This document shows, in pieces, positions 15,800-31,660 of a stretch of DNA of 64,000 nucleotides. Below the pieces are notes generated by a model. That model saw nothing but the letters and a program-made list of their open reading frames with translations, did not search any database and was not told where the DNA came from. The position numbers and the translations under genes are program-made. Positions within the stretch are counted from its first letter, which is position 1; every line of letters starts with the position of its first letter. The stretch lies in NCBI GenBank assembly GCA_964016885.1, contig OZ024759.1, positions 434,001-498,000 on the forward strand, written 5' to 3'. Origin of the DNA: Eledone cirrhosa (Eukaryota).

Positions 15800-18700
15800 C
15801 ATGACACAGTCTATATTAGTAACATGACACAGTCTATATTAGTAACATGACAAAGTCTATATTAGTAGCATGAGAAAGTCTATATTAGTAACATGACAAA
15901 GTCTATATTAGTAACATGACACAGTCTATACTAGTAACATGACAAAGTCTATATTAGTAACATGACAAAGTCTATATTAGTAACATGACACAGTCTATAT
16001 TAGTAACATGACAAAGTCTATATTAGTAACATGACACTGTCTATATTAGTTACTTGACAAAGTCTATATTAGTAACATGACACAGTCTATATTAGTAACA
16101 TGACACAGTCTATATTAGTAACAGGACAAAGTCTATATTAGTAGCATGACAAAGTCTATATTAGTAACATGACAAAGTCTATATTAGTAACATGACACAG
16201 TCTATATTAGTAACATGACAAAGTCTATATTAGTAACATGACACAGTCTATATTAGTAACATGACAAAGTCTATATTAGTAACATGAGAGTCTATATTAG
16301 TAACATGACAGTCTATATTAGTAGCATGACAAAGTCTATATTAGTAACATGACAAAGTCTATATTAGTAACATGACACAGTCTATATTAGTAACATGACA
16401 CAGTCTATATTAGTAACATGACAGTCTACATTAGTAGCATGACAAAGTCTATATTAGTAACATGACACAGTCCATATTAGTAACATGACATAGTCTATAT
16501 TAGTAACATGACATAGTCTATATTAGTAGCATGACAAAGTCTATATTAGTAACATGACAAAGTCATATTAGTAACATGACACAGTCTATATTAGTAACAT
16601 GACAAAGTCTATATCAGTAACATGACACAGTCTATATTAGTAACATGACACAGTCTATATTAGTAACATGACAAAGTCTATATTAGTAACATGACAAAGT
16701 CTATATTAGTAACATGACACAGTCTATATTAGTAACATGACACAGTCTATATTAGTAACATGACATAGTCTATATTAGTAACATGACAAAGTCTATATTA
16801 GTAACATGACAGTCTATATTGTAACATGACACAGTCTATATTAGTAACATGACACAGTCTATATTAGTAACATGACAGTCTATATTAGTAACATGACAAA
16901 GTCTATATTAGTAACATGACAAAGTCTATATTAGTAACATGACAAAGTCTATATTAGTAACATGACACAGTCTATATTAGTAACTTGACACAGTCTATAT
17001 TAGTAACATGACATAGTCTATATTAGTAACATGACAAAGTCTATATTAGTAGCATGACACAGTCTATATTAGTAACATGACACAGTCTATATTAGTAACA
17101 TGACAGTCTATATTAGAAACATGACATAGTCTATATTAGTAAGGTGACACAGTCTATATTAGTAACATGACAAAGTCTATATTAGTAGCATGACAAAGTC
17201 TATATTAGTAACATGACAAAGTCTATATTAGTAACATGACACAGTCTATATTAGTAACATGACAAAGTCTATATTAGTAACATGACAAAGTCTATATTAG
17301 TAACATGACAGTCTATATTAGTAACATGACAAAGTCTCTATTAGTAACATGACAAAGTCTATATTAGTAACATGACAGTCTATATTACTAACATAACAAA
17401 GTCTATATTAGTAACATGACAAAGTTTATATTAGTAACATGACACAGTCTTTATTAGTAACATGACACAGTCTTTATTAGTAACATGACACAGTCTATAT
17501 TAGTAACATGACACAGTCTATATTAGTAACATGACAAAGTCTATATTAGTAACATGACACAGTCTATATTAGTAACATGACAAAGTCTATATTAGTAACA
17601 TGACACAGTCTATATTAGTAACATGACAAAGTCTATATTAGTAACATGACACAGTCTATATTAGTAACATGACAAAGTCTATATTAGTAACATGACACAG
17701 TCTATATTAGTAACATGACAAAGTCTATATTAGTAGCATGACAAAGTCTATATTAGTAACATGACAAAGTCTATATTAGCAACATGACAGTCTATATTAG
17801 TAACATGACAGTCTATATTAGTAGCATGACAAAGTCTATATTAGTAACATGACAAAGTCTATATTAGTAACATGACACAGTCTATATTAGTAACATGACA
17901 CAGTCTATATTAGTAACATGACAGTCTATATTAGTAGCATGACAAAGTCTATATTAGTAACATGACACAGTCTATATTAGTAACATGACATAGTCTATAT
18001 TAGTAACATGACATAGTCTATATTAGTAACATGACACAGTCTATATTAGTAACATGACAAAGTCTATATTAGTAGCATGAGAAAGTCTATATTAGTAACA
18101 TGACAAAGTCTATATTAGTAACATGACACAGTCTATACTAGTAACATGACAAAGTCTATATTAGTAACATGACAAAGTCTATATTAGTAACATGACACAG
18201 TCTATATTAGTAACATGACAAAGTCTATATTAGTAACATGACACTGTCTATATTAGTTACTTGACAAAGTCTATATTAGTAACATGACACAGTCTATATT
18301 AGTAACATGACACAGTCTATATTAGTAACAGGACAAAGTCTTTATTAGTAGCATGACAAAGTCTATATTAGTAACATGACAAAGTCTATATTAGTAACAT
18401 GACACAGTCTATATTAGTAACATGACAAAGTCTATATTAGTAACATGACACAGTCTATATTAGTAACATGACAAAGTCTATATTAGTAACATGAGAGTCT
18501 ATATTAGTAACATGACAGTCTATATTAGTAGCATGACAAAGTCTATATTAGTAACATGACAAAGTCTATATTAGTAACATGACACAGTCTATATTAGTAA
18601 CATGACACAGTCTATATTAGTAACATGACAGTCTACATTAGTAGCATGACAAAGTCTATATTAGTAACATGACACAGTCCATATTAGTAACATGACATAG

Positions 18701-20200
18701 TCTATATTAGTAACATGACATAGTCTATATTAGTAGCATGACAAAGTCTATATTAGTAACATGACAAAGTCATATTAGTAACATGACACAGTCTATATTA
18801 GTAACATGACAAAGTCTATATCAGTAACATGACACAGTCTATATTAGTAACATGACACAGTCTATATTAGTAACATGACAAAGTCTATATTAGTAACATG
18901 ACAAAGTCTATATTAGTAACATGACACAGTCTATATTAGTAACATGACATAGTCTATATTAGTAACATGACAAAGTCTATATTAGTAACATGACAGTCTA
19001 TATTGTAACATGACACAGTCTATATTAGTAACATGACACAGTCTATATTAGTAACATGACAGTCTATATTAGTAACATGACAAAGTCTATATTAGTAACA
19101 TGACAAAGTCTATATTAGTAACATGACAAAGTCTATATTAGTAACATGACACAGTCTATATTAGTAACTTGACACAGTCTATATTAGTAACATGACATAG
19201 TCTATATTAGTAACATGACAAAGTCTATATTAGTAGCATGACACAGTCTATATTAGTAACATGACACAGTCTATATTAGTAACATGACAGTCTATATTAG
19301 TAACATGACATAGTCTATATTAGTAAGGTGACACAGTCTATATTAGTAACATGACAAAGTCTATATTAGTAGCATGACAAAGTCTATATTAGTAACATGA
19401 CAAAGTCTATATTAGTAACATGACACAGTCTATATTAGTAACATGACAAAGTCTATATTAGTAACATGACAAAGTCTATATTAGTAACATGACAGTCTAT
19501 ATTAGTAACATGACAAAGTCTCTATTAGTAACATGACAAAGTCTATATTAGTAACATGACAGTCTATATTACTAACATAACAAAGTCTATATTAGTAACA
19601 TGACAAAGTCTATATTAGTAACATGACACAGTCTTTATTAGTAACATGACACAGTCTTTATTAGTAACATGACACAGTCTATATTAGTAACATGACACAG
19701 TCTATATTAGTAACATGACAAAGTCTATATTAGTAACATGACACAGTCTATATTAGTAACATGACAAAGTCTATATTAGTAACATGACACAGTCTATATT
19801 AGTAACATGACAAAGTCTATATTAGTAACATGACACAGTCTATATTAGTAACATGACAAAGTCTATATTAGTAACATGACACAGTCTATATTAGTAACAT
19901 GACAAAGTCTATATTAGTAGCATGACAAAGTCTATATTAGTAACATGACAAAGTCTATATTAGCAACATGACAGTCTATATTAGTAACATGACAGTCTAT
20001 ATTAGTAGCATGACAAAGTCTATATTAGTAACATGACACAGTCCATATTAGTAACATGACACAGTCTATATTAGTAACATGACACAGTCTATATTAGTAA
20101 CATGACAGTCTATATTAGTAGCATGACAAAGTCTATATTAGTAACATGACACAGTCTATATTAGTAACATGACATAGTCTATATTAGTAACATGACATAG
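15800..20200. repeat. Higher-order tandem duplication, period 2184-2207 bp
   Basis: Private variants: GTCTACAT at ~16429 and ~18636 (offset 2207) and GTAAGGTGAC at ~17143 and ~19327 (offset 2184). The GTCTTTAT doublet lies at ~17449 and ~19633 (2184). The 23-bp difference equals one monomer lost. Confidence 0.85.
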
Positions 20201-23200
20201 TCTATATTAGTAGCATGACAATGTCTATATTAGTAACATGACAAAGTCTATATTAGTAACATGGCACAGTCTATATTAGTAACATGACAAAGTCTATATT
20301 AGTAACATGACACAGTCTATATTAGTAGCATGACAAAGTCTATATTAGTAACATGACAGTCTATATTAGTAACATGACACAGTCTATATTAGTAACATGA
20401 CAAAGTCTATATTAGTAACATGACACAGTCTATACTAGTAACATGACAAAGTCTATATTAGTAACATGACACAGTCTATATTAGTAACATGACAAAGTCT
20501 CTATTAGTAACATGACACAGTCTATATTAGTAACATGACACAGTCTATATTAGTAACATGACAGTCTATATTAGTAGCATGACAAAGTCTATATTAGTAG
20601 CATGACAAAGTCTATATTAGTAACATGACAGTCTATATTAGTAACATGACAAAGTCTATATTAGTAGCATGACAAAGTCTATATTAGTAACATGACACAG
20701 TCTATATTAGTAACATGACAGTCTATATTAGTAGCATGACAAAGTCTATATTAGTAACATGACACAGTCCATATTAGTAACATGACATAGTCTATATTAG
20801 TAACATGACATAGTCTATATTAGTAGCATGACAAAGTCTATATTAGTAACATGACAAAGTCATATTAGTAACATGACACAGTCTATATTAGTAACATGAC
20901 AAAGTCTATATCAGTAACATGACACAGTCTATATTAGTAACATGACACAGTCTATATTAGTAACATTACAAAGTCTATATTAGTAACATGACAAAGTCTA
21001 TATTAGTAACATGACACAGTCTATATTAGTAACATGACACAGTCTATATTAGTAACATGACATAGTCTATATTAGTAACATGACAAAGTCTATATTAGTA
21101 ACATGACAGTCTATATTGTAACATGACACAGTCTATATTAGTAACATGACACAGTCTATATTAGTAACATGACAGTCTATATTAGTAACATGACAAAGTC
21201 TATATTAGTAACATGACAAAGTCTATATTAGTAACATGACAAAGTCTATATTAGTAACATGACACAGTCTATATTAGTAACTTGACACAGTCTATATTAG
21301 TAACATGACATAGTCTATATTAGTAACATGACAAAGTCTATATTAGTAGCATGACACAGTCTATATTAGTAACATGACACAGTCTATATTAGTAACATGA
21401 CAGTCTATATTAGTAACATGACAAAGTCTATATTAGTAACATGACAAAGTCTATATTAGTAACATGACACAGTCTATATTAGTAACATGACAAAGTCTAT
21501 ATTAGTAACATGACAAAGTCTATATTAGTAACATGACAGTCTATATTAGTAACATGACAAAGTCTCTATTAGTAACATGACAAAGTCTATATTAGTAACA
21601 TGACAGTCTATATTACTAACATAACAAAGTCTATATTAGTAACATGACAGTCTATATTGTAACATGACACAGTCTATATTAGTAACATGACACAGTCTAT
21701 ATTAGTAACATGACATAGTCTATATTAGTAACATGATAAAAGTCTATATTAGTAACAAGACACAGTCTATATTAGTAATATGACACAGTCTATATTAGTA
21801 ACATGACAGTCTATATTAGTAACATGACAAAGTCTATATTAGTAACATGACAAAGTCTATATTAGTAACATGACAAAGTCTATATTAGTAACATGACAAA
21901 GTCTATATTAGTAGCATGACACAGTCTCTATTAGTAACATGACAAAGTCTATATTAGTAACATGATACAGTCTATATTAGTAACATGACAAAGTCTATAT
22001 TAGTAACATGACACAGTCTATATTAGTAACATGACATAGTCTATATTAGTAACATGACAAAGTCTATATTAGTAACATGACACAGTCTATATTAGTAACA
22101 TGACACAGTCTATATTAGTAACATGACAGTCTATATTAGTAACATGACAAAGTCTATATTAGTAGCATGACAAAGTCTATATTAGTAACATGACACAGTC
22201 TATATTAGTAACATGACAGTCTATATTAGTAACATGACACAGTCTATATTAGTAACATGACAAAGTCTATATTAGTAGCATGACAAAGTCTATATTAGTA
22301 ACATGACAGTCTATATTAGTAACATGACAAAGTCTATATTAGTAGCATGACAAAGTCTATATTAGTAGCATGACACAGTCTATATTAGTAACATGACACA
22401 GTCTATATTAGGAACATGACACAGTCTATATTAGTAACATGACAAAGTCTATATTAATAGCATGACAAAGTCTATATTAGTAACATGACAAAGTCTATAT
22501 TAGTAACATGACACAGTCTATATTAGTAACATGACAAAGTCTATATTAGTAACATGACAAAGTCTATATTAGTAACATGAAACAGTCTATATTAGTAACA
22601 TGACAAAGTCTATATTAGTAACATGACACTGTCTATATTAGTAACTTGACAAAGTCTATATTAGTAACATGACAGTCTATATTAGTAACATGACACAGTC
22701 TATATTAGTAACATGACAAAGTCTATATTAGTAGCATGACAAAGTCTATATCAGTAACATGACAAAGTCTATATTAGTAACATGACACAGTCTATATTAG
22801 TAACATGACACAGTCTATATTAGTAACATGACAGTCTATATTAGTAGCATGACAAAGTCTATATTAGTAACATGACACAGTCTATATTAGTAACATGACA
22901 TAGTCTATATTAGTAACATGACATAGTCTATATTAGTAGCATGACAATGTCTATATTAGTAACATGACAAAGTCTATATTAGTAACATGACACAGTCTAT
23001 ATTAGTAACATGACAAAGTCTATATTAGTAACATGACACAGTCTATATTAGTAGCATGACAAAGTCTATATTAGTAACATGACACAGTCTATATTAGTAA
23101 CATGACACAGTCTATATTAGTAACATGACAAAGTCTATATTAGTAACATGACACAGTCTATACTAGTAACATGACAAAGTCTATATTAGTAACATGACAC

Positions 23201-25520
23201 AGTCTATATTAGTAACATGACAAAGTCTCTATTAGTAACATGACACAGTCTATATTAGTAACATGACACAGTCTATATTAGTAACATGACAGTCTATATT
23301 AGTAGCATGACAAAGTCTATATTAGTAGCATGACAAAGTCTATATTAGTAACATGACAGTCTATATTAGTAACATGACAAAGTCTATATTAGTAGCATGA
23401 CAAAGTCTATATTAGTAACATGACACAGTCTATATTAGTAACATGACAGTCTATATTAGTAGCATGACAAAGTCTATATTAGTAACATGACACAGTCCAT
23501 ATTAGTAACATGACATAGTCTATATTAGTAACATGACATAGTCTATATTAGTAGCATGACAAAGTCTATATTAGTAACATGACAAAGTCATATTAGTAAC
23601 ATGACACAGTCTATATTAGTAACATGACAAAGTCTATATCAGTAACATGACACAGTCTATATTAGTAACATGACACAGTCTATATTAGTAACATTACAAA
23701 GTCTATATTAGTAACATGACAAAGTCTATATTAGTAACATGACACAGTCTATATTAGTAACATGACACAGTCTATATTAGTAACATGACATAGTCTATAT
23801 TAGTAACATGACAAAGTCTATATTAGTAACATGACAGTCTATATTGTAACATGACACAGTCTATATTAGTAACATGACACAGTCTATATTAGTAACATGA
23901 CAGTCTATATTAGTAACATGACAAAGTCTATATTAGTAACATGACAAAGTCTATATTAGTAACATGACAAAGTCTATATTAGTAACATGACACAGTCTAT
24001 ATTAGTAACTTGACACAGTCTATATTAGTAACATGACATAGTCTATATTAGTAACATGACAAAGTCTATATTAGTAGCATGACACAGTCTATATTAGTAA
24101 CATGACACAGTCTATATTAGTAACATGACAGTCTATATTAGTAACATGACAAAGTCTATATTAGTAACATGACAAAGTCTATATTAGTAACATGACACAG
24201 TCTATATTAGTAACATGACAAAGTCTATATTAGTAACATGACAAAGTCTATATTAGTAACATGACAGTCTATATTAGTAACATGACAAAGTCTCTATTAG
24301 TAACATGACAAAGTCTATATTAGTAACATGACAGTCTATATTACTAACATAACAAAGTCTATATTAGTAACATGACAGTCTATATTGTAACATGACACAG
24401 TCTATATTAGTAACATGACACAGTCTATATTAGTAACATGACATAGTCTATATTAGTAACATGATAAAAGTCTATATTAGTAACAAGACACAGTCTATAT
24501 TAGTAATATGACACAGTCTATATTAGTAACATGACAGTCTATATTAGTAACATGACAAAGTCTATATTAGTAACATGACAAAGTCTATATTAGTAACATG
24601 ACAAAGTCTATATTAGTAACATGACAAAGTCTATATTAGTAGCATGACACAGTCTCTATTAGTAACATGACAAAGTCTATATTAGTAACATGATACAGTC
24701 TATATTAGTAACATGACAAAGTCTATATTAGTAACATGACACAGTCTATATTAGTAACATGACATAGTCTATATTAGTAACATGACAAAGTCTATATTAG
24801 TAACATGACACAGTCTATATTAGTAACATGACACAGTCTATATTAGTAACATGACAGTCTATATTAGTAACATGACAAAGTCTATATTAGTAGCATGACA
24901 AAGTCTATATTAGTAACATGACACAGTCTATATTAGTAACATGACAGTCTATATTAGTAACATGACACAGTCTATATTAGTAACATGACAAAGTCTATAT
25001 TAGTAGCATGACAAAGTCTATATTAGTAACATGACAGTCTATATTAGTAACATGACAAAGTCTATATTAGTAGCATGACAAAGTCTATATTAGTAGCATG
25101 ACACAGTCTATATTAGTAACATGACACAGTCTATATTAGGAACATGACACACTCTATATTAGTAACATGACAAAGTCTATATTAATAGCATGACAAAGTC
25201 TATATTAGTAACATGACAAAGTCTATATTAGTAACATGACACAGTCTATATTAGTAACATGACAAAGTCTATATTAGTAACATGACAAAGTCTATATTAG
25301 TAACATGAAACAGTCTATATTAGTAACATGACAAAGTCTATATTAGTAACATGACACTGTCTATATTAGTAACTTGACAAAGTCTATATTAGTAACATGA
25401 CAGTCTATATTAGTAACATGACACAGTCTATATTAGTAACATGACAAAGTCTATATTAGTAGCATGACAAAGTCTATATTAGTAACATGACAAAGTCTAT
25501 ATTAGTAACATGACACAGTC
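20050..25520. repeat. Higher-order tandem duplication, period 2728 bp
   Basis: GATAAAAGTC at ~21735 and ~24463; TAGGAAC at ~22411 and ~25139. Both offsets are 2728. Confidence 0.85.
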
Positions 25521-28500
25521 TATATTAGTAACATTACAAAGACTATATTAGTAACATGACACAGTCTATATTAGTAACATGACAAAGTCTATATTAGTAA
25601 CATGACAGTCTATATTAGTAACATGACAGTCTATATTAGTAGCATGACAAAGTCTATATTAGTAACATGACAAAGTCTATATTAGTAACATGACAAAGTC
25701 TATATTAGTAACATGACACAGTCTATATTAGTAACATTACGAAGACTATATTAGTAACATGACACAGTCTATATTAGTAACATGACAAAGTCTATATTAG
25801 TAACATGACACAGTCTATATTAGTAACATGACAAAGTCTATATTAGTAACATGACAAAGTCTATATTAGTAACATGAAACAGTCTATATTAGTAACATGA
25901 CAAAGTCTATATTAGTAACATGACACTGTCTATATTAGTAACTTGACAAAGTCTATATTAGTAACATGACAGTCTATATTAGTAACATGACACAGTCTAT
26001 ATTAGTAACATGACAAAGTCTATATTAGTAGCATGACAAAGTCTATATTAGTAACATGACAAAGTCTATATTAGTAACATGACACAGTCTATATTAGTAA
26101 CATTACAAAGACTATATTAGTAACATGACACAGTCTATATTAGTAACATGACAAAGTCTATATTAGTAACATGACAGTCTATATTAGTAACATGACAGTC
26201 TATATTAGTAGCATGACAAAGTCTATATTAGTAACATGACAAAGTCATATTAGTAACATGACACAGTCTATATTAGTAACATGACAAAGTCTATATTAGT
26301 AACATGACACAGTCTATATTAGTAACATGACAAAGTCTATATTAGTAACATGACACAGTCTATATTAGTAACATGACATAGTCTATATTAGTAACATGAC
26401 AAAGTCTATATTAGTAGCATGACACAGTCTATATTAGTAACGTTACACAGTCTATATTAGTAACATGACAGTCTATATTAGTAACATGACAAAGTCTATA
26501 TTAGTAACATGACAAAGTCTATATTAATAGCATGACAAAGTCTATATTAGTAACATGACAAAGTCTATATTAGTAACATGACACAGTCTATATTAGTAAC
26601 ATGACAAAGTCTATATTAGTAACATGACAAAGTCTATATTAGTAACATGAAACAATCTATATTAGTAACATGACAAAGTCTATATTAGTAACATGACACT
26701 GTCTATATTAGTAACTTGACAAAGTCTATATTAGTAACATGACAGTCTATATTAGTAACATGACACAGTCTATATTAGTAACATGACAAAGTCTATATTA
26801 GTAGCATGACAAAGTCTATATTAGTAACATGACAAAGTCTATATTAGTAACATGACACAGTCTATATTAGTAACATTACAAAGACTATATTAGTAACATG
26901 ACACAGTCTATATTAGTAACATGACAAAGTCTATATTAGTAACATGACAGTCTATATTAGTAACATGACAGTCTATATTAGTAGCATGACAAAGTCTATA
27001 TTAGTAGCATGACAAAGTCTATATTAGTAGCATGACACAGTCTATATTAGTAACATGACACAGTCTATATTAGGAACATGACACAGTCGATATTAGTAAC
27101 ATGACAAAGTCTATATTAATAGCATGACAAAGTCTATATTAGTAACATGACAAAGTCTATATTAGTAACATGACACAGTCTATATTAGTAACATGACAAA
27201 GTCTATATTAGTAACATGACAAAGTCTATATTAGTAACATGAAACAGTCTATATTAGTAACATGACAAAGTCTATATTAGTAACATGACACTGTCTATAT
27301 TAGTAACTTGACAAAGTCTATATTAGTAACATGACAGTCTATATTAGTAACATGACACAGTCTATATTAGTAACATGACAAAGTCTATATTAGTAGCATG
27401 ACAAAGTCTATATTAGTAACATGACAAAGTCTATATTAGTAACATGACACAGTCTATATTAGTAACATGACACAGTCTATATTAGTAACATGACAGTCTA
27501 TATTAGTAGCATGACAAAGTCTATATTAGTAACATGACACAGTCTATATTAGTAACATGACATAGTCTATATTAGTAACATGACATAGTCTATATTAGTA
27601 GCATGACAATGTCTATATTAGTAACATGACAAAGTCTATATTAGTAACATGACACAGTCTATATTAGTAACATGACAAAGTCTATATTAGTAACATGACA
27701 CAGTCTATATTAGTAGCATGACAAAGTCTATATTAGTAACATGACACAGTCTATATTAGTAACATGACACAGTCTATATTAGTAACATGACAAAGTCTAT
27801 ATTAGTAACATGACACAGTCTATACTAGTAACATGACAAAGTCTATATTAGTAACATGACACAGTCTATATTAGTAACATGACAAAGTCTCTATTAGTAA
27901 CATGACACAGTCTATATTAGTAACATGACACAGTCTATATTAGTAACATGACAGTCTATATTAGTAGCATGACAAAGTCTATATTAGTAGCATGACAAAG
28001 TCTATATTAGTAACATGACAGTCTATATTAGTAACATGACAAAGTCTATATTAGTAGCATGACAAAGTCTATATTAGTAACATGACACAGTCTATATTAG
28101 TAACATGACAGTCTATATTAGTAGCATGACAAAGTCTATATTAGTAACATGACACAGTCCATATTAGTAACATGACATAGTCTATATTAGTAACATGACA
28201 TAGTCTATATTAGTAGCATGACAAAGTCTATATTAGTAACATGACAAAGTCATATTAGTAACATGACACAGTCTATATTAGTAACATGACAAAGTCTATA
28301 TCAGTAACATGACACAGTCTATATTAGTAACATGACACAGTCTATATTAGTAACATTACAAAGTCTATATTAGTAACATGACAAAGTCTATATTAGTAAC
28401 ATGACACAGTCTATATTAGTAACATGACACAGTCTATATTAGTAACATGACATAGTCTATATTAGTAACATGACAAAGTCTATATTAGTAACATGACAGT

Positions 28501-31500
28501 CTATATTGTAACATGACACAGTCTATATTAGTAACATGACACAGTCTATATTAGTAACATGACAGTCTATATTAGTAACATGACAAAGTCTATATTAGTA
28601 ACATGACAAAGTCTATATTAGTAACATGACAAAGTCTATATTAGTAACATGACACAGTCTATATTAGTAACTTGACACAGTCTATATTAGTAACATGACA
28701 TAGTCTATATTAGTAACATGACAAAGTCTATATTAGTAGCATGACACAGTCTATATTAGTAACATGACACAGTCTATATTAGTAACATGACAGTCTATAT
28801 TAGTAACATGACAAAGTCTATATTAGTAACATGACAAAGTCTATATTAGTAACATGACACAGTCTATATTAGTAACATGACAAAGTCTATATTAGTAACA
28901 TGACAAAGTCTATATTAGTAACATGACAGTCTATATTAGTAACATGACAAAGTCTCTATTAGTAACATGACAAAGTCTATATTAGTAACATGACAGTCTA
29001 TATTACTAACATAACAAAGTCTATATTAGTAACATGACAGTCTATATTGTAACATGACACAGTCTATATTAGTAACATGACACAGTCTATATTAGTAACA
29101 TGACATAGTCTATATTAGTAACATGATAAAAGTCTATATTAGTAACAAGACACAGTCTATATTAGTAATATGACACAGTCTATATTAGTAACATGACAGT
29201 CTATATTAGTAACATGACAAAGTCTATATTAGTAACATGACAAAGTCTATATTAGTAACATGACAAAGTCTATATTAGTAACATGACAAAGTCTATATTA
29301 GTAGCATGACACAGTCTCTATTAGTAACATGACAAAGTCTATATTAGTAACATGATACAGTCTATATTAGTAACATGACAAAGTCTATATTAGTAACATG
29401 ACACAGTCTATATTAGTAACATGACATAGTCTATATTAGTAACATGACAAAGTCTATATTAGTAACATGACACAGTCTATATTAGTAACATGACACAGTC
29501 TATATTAGTAACATGACAGTCTATATTAGTAACATGACAAAGTCTATATTAGTAGCATGACAAAGTCTATATTAGTAACATGACACAGTCTATATTAGTA
29601 ACATGACAGTCTATATTAGTAACATGACACAGTCTATATTAGTAACATGACAAAGTCTATATTAGTAGCATGACAAAGTCTATATTAGTAACATGACAGT
29701 CTATATTAGTAACATGACAAAGTCTATATTAGTAGCATGACAAAGTCTATATTAGTAGCATGACACAGTCTATATTAGTAACATGACACAGTCTATATTA
29801 GGAACATGACACACTCTATATTAGTAACATGACAAAGTCTATATTAATAGCATGACAAAGTCTATATTAGTAACATGACAAAGTCTATATTAGTAACATG
29901 ACACAGTCTATATTAGTAACATGACAAAGTCTATATTAGTAACATGACAAAGTCTATATTAGTAACATGAAACAGTCTATATTAGTAACATGACAAAGTC
30001 TATATTAGTAACATGACACTGTCTATATTAGTAACTTGACAAAGTCTATATTAGTAACATGACAGTCTATATTAGTAACATGACACAGTCTATATTAGTA
30101 ACATGACAAAGTCTATATTAGTAGCATGACAAAGTCTATATTAGTAACATGACAAAGTCTATATTAGTAACATGACACAGTCTATATTAGTAACATTACA
30201 AAGACTATATTAGTAACATGACACAGTCTATATTAGTAACATGACAAAGTCTATATTAGTAACATGACAGTCTATATTAGTAACATGACAGTCTATATTA
30301 GTAGCATGACAAAGTCTATATTAGTAACATGACAAAGTCTATATTAGTAACATGACAAAGTCTATATTAGTAACATGACACAGTCTATATTAGTAACATT
30401 ACGAAGACTATATTAGTAACATGACACAGTCTATATTAGTAACATGACAAAGTCTATATTAGTAACATGACACAGTCTATATTAGTAACATGACAAAGTC
30501 TATATTAGTAACATGACAAAGTCTATATTAGTAACATGAAACAGTCTATATTAGTAACATGACAAAGTCTATATTAGTAACATGACACTGTCTATATTAG
30601 TAACTTGACAAAGTCTATATTAGTAACATGACAGTCTATATTAGTAACATGACACAGTCTATATTAGTAACATGACAAAGTCTATATTAGTAGCATGACA
30701 AAGTCTATATTAGTAACATGACAAAGTCTATATTAGTAACATGACACAGTCTATATTAGTAACATTACAAAGACTATATTAGTAACATGACACAGTCTAT
30801 ATTAGTAACATGACAAAGTCTATATTAGTAACATGACAGTCTATATTAGTAACATGACAGTCTATATTAGTAGCATGACAAAGTCTATATTAGTAACATG
30901 ACAAAGTCATATTAGTAACATGACACAGTCTATATTAGTAACATGACAAAGTCTATATTAGTAACATGACACAGTCTATATTAGTAACATGACAAAGTCT
31001 ATATTAGTAACATGACACAGTCTATATTAGTAACATGACATAGTCTATATTAGTAACATGACAAAGTCTATATTAGTAGCATGACACAGTCTATATTAGT
31101 AACGTTACACAGTCTATATTAGTAACATGACAGTCTATATTAGTAACATGACAAAGTCTATATTAGTAACATGACAAAGTCTATATTAATAGCATGACAA
31201 AGTCTATATTAGTAACATGACAAAGTCTATATTAGTAACATGACACAGTCTATATTAGTAACATGACAAAGTCTATATTAGTAACATGACAAAGTCTATA
31301 TTAGTAACATGAAACAATCTATATTAGTAACATGACAAAGTCTATATTAGTAACATGACACTGTCTATATTAGTAACTTGACAAAGTCTATATTAGTAAC
31401 ATGACAGTCTATATTAGTAACATGACACAGTCTATATTAGTAACATGACAAAGTCTATATTAGTAGCATGACAAAGTCTATATTAGTAACATGACAAAGT

Positions 31501-31660
31501 CTATATTAGTAACATGACACAGTCTATATTAGTAACATTACAAAGACTATATTAGTAACATGACACAGTCTATATTAGTAACATGACAAAGTCTATATTA
31601 GTAACATGACAGTCTATATTAGTAACATGACAGTCTATATTAGTAGCATGACAAAGTCTA
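22340..31660. repeat. Higher-order tandem duplication, period 4662 bp
   Basis: TAGGAAC at ~22411/27073 and ~25139/29801; GATAAAAGTC at ~24463/29125. All offsets are 4662. Confidence 0.85.
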
